In this document: positions 44,945-58,148 of the stretch, piece after piece | How positions within the stretch are numbered: the stretch's first letter is position 1 | Layout of the letters: each line of letters begins with the position of its first letter | Source: Candidatus Helarchaeota archaeon | GTDB lineage: Archaea; Asgardarchaeota; Lokiarchaeia; Helarchaeales; RDOG01 | NCBI GenBank assembly: GCA_019058315.1 | Contig: JAHPZH010000001.1 | Coordinates: forward strand, 817,208 to 881,207 | Direction of reading: 5' to 3' | Length of the DNA: 64,000 bases | The notes under the pieces: generated by a model | What the model was told of the DNA's origin: nothing | The model's database searches: none | What the model saw: the letters and a program-made list of their open reading frames with translations, nothing else | Translations under genes and position numbers: made by a program

Positions 44945-47137
44945 TTATTCAATTTCTAAAATGTCTCCAACTATTTCAAGACTTCCTTCTATAATATTGT
45001 TGTTATCCTTGCTAAAACCAGGTTGACATCCACCAATTGATATGGAAATCTTACCAGGTTTAACGATTTGATTTCCATTTTTGTCAAATAAAGATAGATT
45101 TTTTGGTGTTAAGGTGAATGAGACAGTTTTTTTCTCCCCTACTTGAAGAGTTATTCTTTCAAATCCCTGAAGTTCACGAATTGGTGCATTAGATGAAATA
45201 GCACGTTTGCTTAAATATACTTGTATAACCTCATCACCTAAATATTTCCCAATATTTTCAACATCTACGCTCAATGTCGTAGCTTTATCTGTTTTGGTTT
45301 TGTTGGGTATTTTTAAGTTAGAGTATTTGAATTTAGTAAAACTTAGACCATAACCAAATGAATAAAGAGGTTCCCCTTTAAAATATCGATATGTTCTGCC
45401 TTCCATATTATAATTTCGAAAATCAGGAACTTGATCAATAGATTTATAAAAAGTCACTGGCAATCTACCGGCTGGATTGTAATCTCCAAAAATTATGTCA
45501 GCCAAAGCTGTACCCCCTTCTTCACCTGGATACCATACTTCTAAAATTACAGGAATATTTTCTTTTGCAAAATTTACAGATAAAGCACTACCACTTGTTA
45601 GAACAAGTATAATTGGTTTACCAGTAGCATGTATTTCTTTTAACAATTCCTCTTGAACTTTTGGTAGATTTAAATCGATTCGGTCCCCTTTAGCCTCTGA
45701 TCTCTGTCCGGCACCCTCCTCAGATTCAAATTGTGCTGATATTCCTAATACAACAATAACAACATCTGTTTTCTTAACAATCTCTATTGCTTCACTAAAA
45801 CCATCAGTGATTTTATCTAAGAGATCACAACCTTTTGCATAATATACGTCTGAATTAGCTCCAAGTTTATTTTTAATTCCTTGAAGAAAAGTTGTATATT
45901 CTGAAGGATCTCCATGGTAATTTCCCACCAGCACATCTAGTCCATCCGCACTCGGTCCTATAACGGCAATAGATTTTATATTTTTATCTAAAGGAAGAAA
46001 ATCGCCCTCATTTTTTAATAAAACAATTGATTCTCTAGCTGCTTGAGTTGCAAGAGCTCGGTGTTCCTCGCAATCATTTACTTCAAATGGGATTTGCGCA
46101 TAAGGAACCATCTCTGGTGGATCGAACATGCCCAACAAGAAACGTGCAGTAAATAACCGTTTTACTGATTTATCAACTGTTTCTTCCGTAAGCAATCCCT
46201 TTTCAACAGCTTCTTTTATCCATTGCCATCTCTTACCCTTTTTTACTGATGGATCTATAGAACGGCAAAAAAGATCACAACCTGCATTAATTGCCATTGC
46301 TGCAGCTTCTCCACCGGTTTCAACCATCTTGTGATGTCGGAAGATATCAGCAATTGCACCACAATCAGAGACAACGTAACCCTTAAAATCCCATTTTTTA
46401 CGTAAAATTTCCTCTAATAAAGTATTACTTGCACAACATGCCTCTCCATTTGTACGATTATAAGCTCCCATAATAGAAAATGCCTTAGCTTCTTGAATGC
46501 AAGCTTTAAAAGCAGGTAGATATGTCTCCCATAAATCTTTTTTACCTACTACAGCATTAAATCGATGCCTTTCCGATTCTAATCCGCTGTGAACTGCATA
46601 GTGTTTCGGCGTTGCAACCAATTTTAAATATTTTGTGTGATCTCCTTGTAAACCTTTGCAAAAAGTTACACCCATTCTTGAGGTTAGATAGGGATCTTCA
46701 CCATATGTTTCCTGCCCCCTTCCCCAACGTGGATCTCTAAAAATATTAATATTAGGAGACCAGAAGGTTAGACCACGAAACCACTTACTTTTATTTTTTC
46801 TAAAACTTTTATGATGTTTAGCCCTAGCCTCATCGGAAATAGCATTAACCACTTTTGACATTAATTTAATATTCCATGTAGCAGCTAAACCTATTGCTTG
46901 GGGAAATACAGTTGCTTTACCCGCAAATCCAACACCGTGTAAACATTCACTCCACCAATTATATTTTGGAATGTTTAATCGCTCAATTCCTTCAGCGTCA
47001 TTTATTAATTGAGTAAGTTTTTCATCAAGAGATAATCGTGAAATTAGATCATCCACTCTTTTTTCGATGGGTTGATTATAATCAAGATAGAGTGGTTTTT
47101 TCTTCTCATTATTTTGATTCATAAATTTATTCTCCAA
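44945..47137 (-). CDS. GH3 beta-xylosidase/beta-glucosidase
   Basis: WWSECLHG, WSPNINIFRDPRWGRGQETYGEDP, KHY, VSDCGA; no signal peptide. Confidence 0.93.
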   Translation of the reverse strand: MENKFMNQNNEKKKPLYLDYNQPIEKRVDDLISRLSLDEKLTQLINDAEGIERLNIPKYNWWSECLHGVGFAGKATVFPQAIGLAATWNIKLMSKVVNAISDEARAKHHKSFRKNKSKWFRGLTFWSPNINIFRDPRWGRGQETYGEDPYLTSRMGVTFCKGLQGDHTKYLKLVATPKHYAVHSGLESERHRFNAVVGKKDLWETYLPAFKACIQEAKAFSIMGAYNRTNGEACCASNTLLEEILRKKWDFKGYVVSDCGAIADIFRHHKMVETGGEAAAMAINAGCDLFCRSIDPSVKKGKRWQWIKEAVEKGLLTEETVDKSVKRLFTARFLLGMFDPPEMVPYAQIPFEVNDCEEHRALATQAARESIVLLKNEGDFLPLDKNIKSIAVIGPSADGLDVLVGNYHGDPSEYTTFLQGIKNKLGANSDVYYAKGCDLLDKITDGFSEAIEIVKKTDVVIVVLGISAQFESEEGAGQRSEAKGDRIDLNLPKVQEELLKEIHATGKPIILVLTSGSALSVNFAKENIPVILEVWYPGEEGGTALADIIFGDYNPAGRLPVTFYKSIDQVPDFRNYNMEGRTYRYFKGEPLYSFGYGLSFTKFKYSNLKIPNKTKTDKATTLSVDVENIGKYLGDEVIQVYLSKRAISSNAPIRELQGFERITLQVGEKKTVSFTLTPKNLSLFDKNGNQIVKPGKISISIGGCQPGFSKDNNNIIEGSLEIVGDILEIE

Positions 47138-47342
47138 TTATTGTTTTTAAGCTATTGTTCATTTTATATAAGCCACTATATAAATCCATAAGTCTTTTTA
47201 GGGCAATGTTTAAGGAAGAGTTTCTATCCTTATGATTAAAATAATCACAAAATCGATTATTTAATGTTGAAAAAATTAAATATTAGAATATTATTTCACA
47301 AGGGAAAAAATACATAAAGAAAAAAAACTAGAGAGATATTTT

Positions 47343-48419
47343 ATGGCATTAACTGTTTTACAATTAACATCATTAATGCTAAGGGTTGCAGTTTCAATTA
47401 TTATATTTTATTTTTCGATATTGTTTTTTTCAAAGGTAAAGCAAGCAAAGGGAACAGGTGTTGAGTTAAGTTCTTTTTTTGGGTTAGGTATTTTTGCTCT
47501 CTTTATTGGGATAATGTACATCCTTTTTACATATTATGATTATTTCATTTTTGAATTTGATTTAAAACCAATAGAACTCTATAAAAGTGCTATATTAACA
47601 GGATATTTTGGTATAATAGGTCTCGTTTTTCTATCAGAAAAAATGTTTAAAAAAACAAAATATGCGTTTACATCCTATAGTATAATTTGTTGTATTTATG
47701 GAATCTTTTTTCTTTCTACAGTTGATGATTTACGAATGTTTACATATTTTACTTTGCCAATTAGTATAATAATAGTATTATTTAACTTTTTTTATTTCTC
47801 AGTAGTTAAAACCAAAGGTGAAATTCGTAAAAAGATGTCTATGGCTTTCATAGGTAAATTTGGATTTTTTTTCTTTTATTTATTATCCACAGAAGTTGGT
47901 AAAAGACTATTACCGTTTCCCGTTGAGTTTACACTTACTCTTTCTCATATCGGATTATTATTTACCCTTATTGGGTGGGGACTTATCTTCCTCAGCTTTG
48001 AAACCTTTACAGAATTTGGATGGAAAGAAAAAATGAAAGAACTTTTTATCATTGGACCAAATGGGGGAACACTTTTCCACTATTCTTTCTTAGATGTTAC
48101 AAATAATCAAATTCCGGATCTAATTAGTGCTGGTTTAGCTGGAATTAAAGATTTACTTGCTGAAATGATACAAAGTAAACAAAAATTAAAAGTTGTGGAT
48201 CATCAAGATATAAAAATTATTTTTGAATATGGGAATTATTCAACTATAGCTTTAGTAGCATTCGAAAATCTACATATTTACCAGTCCAAATTAGCTTCCC
48301 TAACTAAACAATTTGAAGATTTATTTCAAGATGTACTTATTAATTGGAGAGGGGAAACGGAAGTTTTTCTTCCTTCAAGACGATTAATAGAAGAAATTTT
48401 TGGCAAAATAGGAGAATAA
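47343..48419 (+). CDS. 7TM membrane protein with C-terminal longin-like domain (Asgard type)
   Basis: Seven hydrophobic segments in the first ~220 aa; then ELFIIGPNGGTLFHYSF...PDLISAGLAGIKDLLAEM...IIFEYG...FEDLFQDVLINWRG. Confidence 0.75.
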   Translation: MALTVLQLTSLMLRVAVSIIIFYFSILFFSKVKQAKGTGVELSSFFGLGIFALFIGIMYILFTYYDYFIFEFDLKPIELYKSAILTGYFGIIGLVFLSEKMFKKTKYAFTSYSIICCIYGIFFLSTVDDLRMFTYFTLPISIIIVLFNFFYFSVVKTKGEIRKKMSMAFIGKFGFFFFYLLSTEVGKRLLPFPVEFTLTLSHIGLLFTLIGWGLIFLSFETFTEFGWKEKMKELFIIGPNGGTLFHYSFLDVTNNQIPDLISAGLAGIKDLLAEMIQSKQKLKVVDHQDIKIIFEYGNYSTIALVAFENLHIYQSKLASLTKQFEDLFQDVLINWRGETEVFLPSRRLIEEIFGKIGE

Positions 48420-48422
48420 AGA

Positions 48423-50147
48423 ATGCTTTATCCGCAAAATAATAGATTTCGTCAATTTATTGAATTATCTGACTTTTGGGATTTTCGTTTTGATTTTGAT
48501 GATAAAGGTTTACGCGATGGTTGGGAAAAAGGTTTTGAAAATGGACAACCAATTGCTGTACCTGCAAGTTGGAACGAACAATTTGCAGAAAATCGCGATT
48601 TTTTAGGTCCTGCATGGTATCAAACTCACTTTAGCCTTCCATGGGGATGGGATAAACACCGCGTGTTAATACGATTTAATTCAGTTAATTATTTAGCAGA
48701 TGTTTGGTTAAATGGTGAGAAAATAGGTCAACATGAAGGAGGACACTTGCCATTTAAATTTGATATCACCTCCCAAATAAAAAATGAGGGTAATCATTTA
48801 GTTGTGCGTGTTGATGGCAATCTAACTACTGATCGAGTTCCTCCTTCTGATCATAATTTATTACTCGCAAATTATCCTCCCACTAATTTTGATTTCTATC
48901 CATTTTGTGGTATTCAACGACCTGTTTTACTTTATTCAATTCCTAATGAAGCTATAATTGATTTAACAATTAACACATCAATTGAAGGTAAGACTGGAAT
49001 TGTGAATGCAAAAGTGGAGCGATCAGATGGAAATCCAGTAAAGGCTCAATTTAATTTAACAAGAAATGGAACAAATATTTCAACCGAAATTGAAATGGAT
49101 AATAGACTTTCAGAAGCAACCCTAAGGGTGCCGAACGCTTCTTTTTGGGCTCCTGGTGCTCCTCAATTATATGATTTAAAAATTGAACTGTCTCGTAATG
49201 GGACAACCTTCGATTCCTACACATTACCTGTTGGTATTCGAACTATTTCAGTTGAGGGAGATAAATTATTATTAAATGGTAAACCAATTGAATTGCTTGG
49301 TTTTGGAAGACATGAAGATTTTCCAGTAATTGGGCGTGGTTTAATGCCCGCTGTTATAATTAAAGATTATTCTCTAATGCAATGGATTGGCGCAAATTCA
49401 TTTCGAACATCCCATTACCCTTATTCAGAACAAATGATGGATCTAGCGGATCAACTTGGAATTTTAATAATTGACGAAACCCCTGCAGTTGGTCTTACTT
49501 TTCATAAAACTGTTTTTGACCGGCATCTCGAGCTATGTAAACAATATACAAAAGAACTGATTGCTCGTGATAAAAATCATCCCAGTGTGATTATGTGGAG
49601 TCTAGCTAACGAACCTCATCAAAATATAAATGCAAAAATGTTTTTTGAACAGCTTTATGATTTAGCTAAAAAGCTTGATTCAACTCGTCCTATTACTTTT
49701 GCCAATATGCATATTGGGGAAGAAAGGTCGTTTAAATTCTGTGATATTGTATGTGTAAACCGATATTATGGGTGGTACCTTGAAAGAGCAAAAATGGATA
49801 AAGCTTGCGAGTTACTTTCAAAAGAACTTGATAAATTATATAAAAGATATTCAAAACCAATAATTTTAAGTGAATTTGGGGCAGGTACCATTCCAGGATG
49901 GCATGCAAATCCGCCAGAGATGTGGAGCGAGGAATATCAAGTCGAATTTCTAAGTGAATATATTAAAGTTGCAAATAGTAAACCATTTGTAGTGGGACAA
50001 CACGTGTGGAATTTATGTGACTTTAAAACGTCTCAACATGATAGACGTATGGGTGGTATCAACTATAAAGGAGTATTTACCAGAGATCGCCGACCAAAAA
50101 TGGCTGCACATCATCTTCGTAAACTTTGGTCTGGGAAAACTGATTAA
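48423..50147 (+). CDS. uidA: GH2 beta-glucuronidase
   Basis: VPASWN, HEGGHLPF, GFGRHED, GANSFRTSHYPY, WSLANEP, NRYYGWY, SEFGA, NYKG (NxKG glucuronidase motif). Confidence 0.9.
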   Translation: MLYPQNNRFRQFIELSDFWDFRFDFDDKGLRDGWEKGFENGQPIAVPASWNEQFAENRDFLGPAWYQTHFSLPWGWDKHRVLIRFNSVNYLADVWLNGEKIGQHEGGHLPFKFDITSQIKNEGNHLVVRVDGNLTTDRVPPSDHNLLLANYPPTNFDFYPFCGIQRPVLLYSIPNEAIIDLTINTSIEGKTGIVNAKVERSDGNPVKAQFNLTRNGTNISTEIEMDNRLSEATLRVPNASFWAPGAPQLYDLKIELSRNGTTFDSYTLPVGIRTISVEGDKLLLNGKPIELLGFGRHEDFPVIGRGLMPAVIIKDYSLMQWIGANSFRTSHYPYSEQMMDLADQLGILIIDETPAVGLTFHKTVFDRHLELCKQYTKELIARDKNHPSVIMWSLANEPHQNINAKMFFEQLYDLAKKLDSTRPITFANMHIGEERSFKFCDIVCVNRYYGWYLERAKMDKACELLSKELDKLYKRYSKPIILSEFGAGTIPGWHANPPEMWSEEYQVEFLSEYIKVANSKPFVVGQHVWNLCDFKTSQHDRRMGGINYKGVFTRDRRPKMAAHHLRKLWSGKTD

Positions 50148-50150
50148 AAT

Positions 50151-52583
50151 TTAATTGAAATGAAGGCAATATCTGGCCAATTTTATAGCTAATAAGTATG
50201 CCATTTCTATTAGTACTTTCATTGCTCCACTACGAACTTCTGGAGATTTGTCATTTATAATTGAGATGAGGGGTCCTACAGCTCTTAAATCTCCTATTTT
50301 TCCAAGATAGATGACCGCATAACTTCGGACTAAATATGATTCATCATTTAAAGCTGTTATCAGAGGTTCCACAGCTATCTTGCCCATTTTCCCTAGAAAA
50401 ACCACAGCAAGACTTCTAACTTCCGGTGCTGCATCTTCTAAAGCTTGGATGAGAAAGTCTTTAGAATAATTACCTATTTTTCCAAAACCAATAACTGCGT
50501 ATTTACGAACATGTAAATTTTCATCATTTAAGGCAGTTTCTAGACCTTTGATAAGAGAAATTAATATGTCTTTGTCTTTAATTCTAGTAACCAGTTTTAC
50601 AAGTGCATGAGAAACATTAATTCGAACCTCTTTATTATCATCATTTAACATATTAATAAGATGAATTATTGCCTTTTCATCACCTAATCTACCGAGAGCT
50701 TTTGCAGAATATTTTCGAACAAACTTGTCCTCATCCTTCAAAGAGTCTATAAGGGGTTTTAAAATACTTTTTTCTCTAATATACATTAAAGCTTTAGCAG
50801 CATACCTTCTAACATACGGATCCTCATCTGTTAGTATTTTAATGATAGGTTCAGATCTCTTTATTTTTTTAAATTTTTTTAGTGTATCCACAACCATTCT
50901 TCGAACATAACGATTTTTATCCCTTAGTGCCTCGAGTAAGGGATTAATAGCTCTTCTATCCTTAATATTACCAAGAGCCAAAGCTGCGTCTTCTCTAATT
51001 CTAAAGTCTTTGTGTTTTAAAAACTTTATAATTGGCTCTACTGCCCTTTTATCACGAAGTTCTCCAAGAGCATGAATAAAAAGATTGGGATGTTCGGATA
51101 TTTCTAATGCTTGAATAATTGGTTTCACAGCTCTTTTATCCTTTAACATACCAAGAGAAAATGCTACAGCACTTCTAACATTAAGATCTTCATCTTCTAG
51201 TTTATGAATCAGTGGAATTATTGATCTCTTATCAGGAAATCTTCCTAAGGCTCTGGCAGCATACTGTCGAACATATTTATTTTTATCATTTAACATTTCA
51301 ATTAAAGGTTCAACACTTTTATTATCACCAATTTTTTCGAGAGCAAAAATTATTGCTTGTCTAACCTCTGGTCTTTTGTCTTTTAGAGCTTCGATTAGAG
51401 GATCTACAGCTCTTTTATCGTGCAATTCTCCGAGATTTGCCGCTGCTATTTGTCTTACTTCTGGATTTTTATCTTTTAAAGTTTGAATAATTGGTATGAC
51501 AGCTCTTAAATCACCAATTTTACCTAAAGCAGAAATTACTTCTACTCTTGAATAAAGATTGTCATGTTTTAATGCTTCTAATAAAGGGGTTGCTGCCTTT
51601 TTACTACCCATTTTTCTAAGTGCAAAGACAGCAACGTCTCGAACTAAAGAGTTTTTATGCTTTAAAGCCTTAATTAGAGGATCTATGGCAGCCTCACCAA
51701 TTGTTTCAAAACATTCAGCGAGATTTGATTTAAGAATTATAACATTATGATAGAATTTAAGGTAGATTTTGTCATCCAAATCTTGAATAAGGGATATTAT
51801 TTTATCTGTATCACCTAGTTTCCCAAGGGCGTATGAGAGATAATATAGCATATTTTCTCTAATTTCATACATTTTTTTAGCATATTTGTAAATACTGATT
51901 TTTTTATTGATATCATATACCCATTTTTCAGGGTCAAAATCTAATAAAGCTATAATCTGAATGTAAATTTGAGGATTAATTTTATCTTCAAAGTTTTCTT
52001 TAGCCAGTTTGAAGATAATTTCTTTAATTTCATCGCAACGATAATTTAATAATTCTTCCGTTGCATATTTCTTATCTATTATCATTTGTAAAGCTTGAAC
52101 TATTATATTAAAGTCAAAACTCATAAAAGTAGGAGTTTTTTCCGTGAAAAAAGCATCTAGATTTTGAATAGTAGCTAATATCTCATCTTTAGGAGATAAT
52201 ATAATTTGTTCTGATGATATTTTCTCTAAATCAGGAGTGTAATCAGTTATTATCGTATAACATCCAATTCGCCCAATTATTTTTTCTTCATTATTTTTTT
52301 TCATATAGACCTTAAGATTAAATTTGGGATCACAAATTAAGGCAAATCTCGCTTCTATCTGCCCATCATTCCAAAATGCTGGAGTTAAAATATAATTTAG
52401 ATTTTCTATTTTGGAGATCTTCCATCTTGTATCAGTCCAGTACTCGAAAATAATTGGTTCTTCTAGATCATCATCGAAATATTCAAATTTACCAAGTTTA
52501 TAAAGATTTTCTTTAAATTCTGAGTCCTGTATAAGTTTTATAAAAAAATCAGATTCAGACTCTTCTTTTTTCATATCTTTCAT
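50151..52583 (-). CDS. HEAT/PBS-lyase repeat protein with unknown N-terminal domain
   Basis: Many ~31-aa repeats such as AVDPLIEALKDKRPEVRQAIIFALEKIGD. Confidence 0.9.
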   Translation of the reverse strand: MKDMKKEESESDFFIKLIQDSEFKENLYKLGKFEYFDDDLEEPIIFEYWTDTRWKISKIENLNYILTPAFWNDGQIEARFALICDPKFNLKVYMKKNNEEKIIGRIGCYTIITDYTPDLEKISSEQIILSPKDEILATIQNLDAFFTEKTPTFMSFDFNIIVQALQMIIDKKYATEELLNYRCDEIKEIIFKLAKENFEDKINPQIYIQIIALLDFDPEKWVYDINKKISIYKYAKKMYEIRENMLYYLSYALGKLGDTDKIISLIQDLDDKIYLKFYHNVIILKSNLAECFETIGEAAIDPLIKALKHKNSLVRDVAVFALRKMGSKKAATPLLEALKHDNLYSRVEVISALGKIGDLRAVIPIIQTLKDKNPEVRQIAAANLGELHDKRAVDPLIEALKDKRPEVRQAIIFALEKIGDNKSVEPLIEMLNDKNKYVRQYAARALGRFPDKRSIIPLIHKLEDEDLNVRSAVAFSLGMLKDKRAVKPIIQALEISEHPNLFIHALGELRDKRAVEPIIKFLKHKDFRIREDAALALGNIKDRRAINPLLEALRDKNRYVRRMVVDTLKKFKKIKRSEPIIKILTDEDPYVRRYAAKALMYIREKSILKPLIDSLKDEDKFVRKYSAKALGRLGDEKAIIHLINMLNDDNKEVRINVSHALVKLVTRIKDKDILISLIKGLETALNDENLHVRKYAVIGFGKIGNYSKDFLIQALEDAAPEVRSLAVVFLGKMGKIAVEPLITALNDESYLVRSYAVIYLGKIGDLRAVGPLISIINDKSPEVRSGAMKVLIEMAYLLAIKLARYCLHFN

Positions 52584-52686
52584 TAATTTATCATTTTGAA
52601 GCTAATTTAATTAAGAATCGTATCATTATAAGGATAGAAAATTTCAATCTATTTAATCTTTCCAACTCAAAATTCTCATCATATAA

Positions 52687-53157
52687 CTAAAGCTTATAAC
52701 CCATCCTAATTGCAATAATGCTATCTATACACAAAGTACCCAAAATGACACATGTTATTCCTGCTGATATTATTGAATTACGATTTATATCGTACTCGGA
52801 TCTGGCCATAAATCCAAGACTCAGCAAATATAGTCCTACTATAAAAAAGATTATTGCAAAAATATAAGCACATGCTGCGCTTAATTCTGGAAAATATCTT
52901 TGATACCCGTGTGTAAAACGTTGTGGATTATATCCAACATATATATATTCTTCTTTTCCACTAGGATCGGTTGTTATGCCCATGATAATCCCAACTCCCA
53001 TAATAGCGAAAATTAAAATAATCCACCAGTAAACCAAAATAAAATCATGTATATATTTTGGAAAAAGTATTGTATAGAAGATACTTGCTGATATAATTAT
53101 TATTGAAATCAATAATAATAATCTAATATCTCTTCCGAAATCACGATATTCGCTCAT
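52687..53157 (-). CDS. Hypothetical membrane protein (about 4 TM)
   Basis: Four hydrophobic segments; 12 bp downstream of the LacZ-like gene on the same strand. Confidence 0.6.
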   Translation of the reverse strand: MSEYRDFGRDIRLLLLISIIIISASIFYTILFPKYIHDFILVYWWIILIFAIMGVGIIMGITTDPSGKEEYIYVGYNPQRFTHGYQRYFPELSAACAYIFAIIFFIVGLYLLSLGFMARSEYDINRNSIISAGITCVILGTLCIDSIIAIRMGYKL

Positions 53158-53169
53158 TTTACCCCTATT

Positions 53170-56325
<3,156 letters not shown>

Positions 56326-56343
56326 TCAAATTTCTAGAAATTT

Positions 56344-58065
56344 TTATTGAAATAAGCTTAAATTTAATTTTCTTAATTGTTCTTCGTCTATTTTAATAAT
56401 TTCACGATCATATGTTAATAGTCCATTGATTTCTGCTTCAACATCTGTGATTTGGGTATAAATAGCAGCACAAAGTCCTCCCTTAATCAGGGGCTTTAAT
56501 TTATTGATTAATTTTATATATCTTTGGGTTAATTTCTCAGTATTGGAGGCTTGTCTATAGGACCAGCTCATTTTACTTCCCCATATATGATCCTTAATTT
56601 TGAGACCTAAGCCACCGAACTCACCTAGAACTGCAGCTCGTTTTTCTTCAAGTTTAGGCATCTTTGGACCTGGATAATTGTGAATATCCCTAATATCACC
56701 GACTTTTTTATCAAACCACCCACTTGCATTATCAACAAGTCTCGAGGGATCATATTTTTTAATTGCGTTGACAACTTTTTTCGTTTGAAATTGTCCCCAA
56801 CCTTCATTAAATGGAACCCACACAATAATGGAAGGATGATTGTAGAGTGTAGAAAGCATTGCTGCCAATTCATTCCAATAATACTTTTTTGATACTTTTC
56901 CTCTTAATAATAATTTTCCTCCATTTGGCATATCTTGCCAAACTAACATTCCTAACTTATCACAATAATAATACCATCGTGCAGGTTCAACTTTTACATG
57001 TTTTCTGATCATATTAAATCCCAGGGCCTTCGTAATTTCAATATCATATCGCAAAGCTTCATCAGTAGGTGCTGTATATAACCCATCAGGCCAATAACCT
57101 TGATCTAAGGTGCCATATTGAAATAGAGGTTTATTATTCAATTCTATCCTCACGATTCCATTTTTATCTTTTCCAAATCCAATCTTACGCATTCCAAAAT
57201 AGCTCTCGACCTCATCCAGAATTTTTCCATCTCTTTCCAATTTAATTATTAGATCATAAAGAACTGGAGAAGATGGACTCCAAAGTATTGGATCTGGAAT
57301 TTTTAAAATATAATTTGGGTCTGGATTCTCAGTAGTTGAAATTATTTCTTTATTCCCATCTTTTACTTCCAATTGTATTTTATCTCTTGCCTTTAAACCA
57401 TGAACTTTAATCATGAGATTTAGAGATTCTTTATCAACATCAGGGATCATCTTGATACTTTCGATGCGACTTATCGGAACAGGTTCAAGCCATACGGTCT
57501 GCCAAATTCCCGAAATTGCCGTATAATAAATTCCCCAAGGTCTTAAAGATTGTTTTCCTCGTTCTTGATTTCCTTTATTTGTAGGATCCCAGACTGCAAC
57601 ACGAATTTCATTTTCATTCTCTTTCAGATGCTCTGAAATATCAAAAGAAAATGGAACATACCCACCTTTATGAGAACCAACTCTCATTCCATTTATCCAA
57701 ACAGTCGCTTCCCAATCAACTGCCCCAAAATGTAATAATAAATTTTTATCTTTCCAAGATTCAGGAGTTGAAAATTTACAGCGATACCATAATCTTTGTT
57801 TATGACCCAATTTTCTTTTTATTCCAGATAGTGCCGATTCTATTGGAAATGGAACAAGAATCTTTCCATCAAATGTTCGTACTGATTTTACACTTTTGGG
57901 TCGAATTGCATAATCCCATAAACCATTTAAACTCAGCCAGTCATTACGTTTAAATTGAGGTCTAGGATATTCTGGTAGAGGATTTTTAGGTGAAACATCT
58001 TTAGACCAACGAGTTACTATGTTACTTAATATTAGTTTCCAAGAGGGGCGTTGAGTTATTTCCAT
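56344..58065 (-). CDS. GH2 glycoside hydrolase (short type; specificity unclear)
   Basis: [54 protein letters not shown]. Confidence 0.9.
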   Translation of the reverse strand: MEITQRPSWKLILSNIVTRWSKDVSPKNPLPEYPRPQFKRNDWLSLNGLWDYAIRPKSVKSVRTFDGKILVPFPIESALSGIKRKLGHKQRLWYRCKFSTPESWKDKNLLLHFGAVDWEATVWINGMRVGSHKGGYVPFSFDISEHLKENENEIRVAVWDPTNKGNQERGKQSLRPWGIYYTAISGIWQTVWLEPVPISRIESIKMIPDVDKESLNLMIKVHGLKARDKIQLEVKDGNKEIISTTENPDPNYILKIPDPILWSPSSPVLYDLIIKLERDGKILDEVESYFGMRKIGFGKDKNGIVRIELNNKPLFQYGTLDQGYWPDGLYTAPTDEALRYDIEITKALGFNMIRKHVKVEPARWYYYCDKLGMLVWQDMPNGGKLLLRGKVSKKYYWNELAAMLSTLYNHPSIIVWVPFNEGWGQFQTKKVVNAIKKYDPSRLVDNASGWFDKKVGDIRDIHNYPGPKMPKLEEKRAAVLGEFGGLGLKIKDHIWGSKMSWSYRQASNTEKLTQRYIKLINKLKPLIKGGLCAAIYTQITDVEAEINGLLTYDREIIKIDEEQLRKLNLSLFQ

Positions 58066-58148
58066 TCAAATCTCTCAATATCTACTTTTTTTACATTGAT
58101 AAAAAATCTTTTTTTAAATTCAATAAATTTTCTTTGGATTAACTTTTT

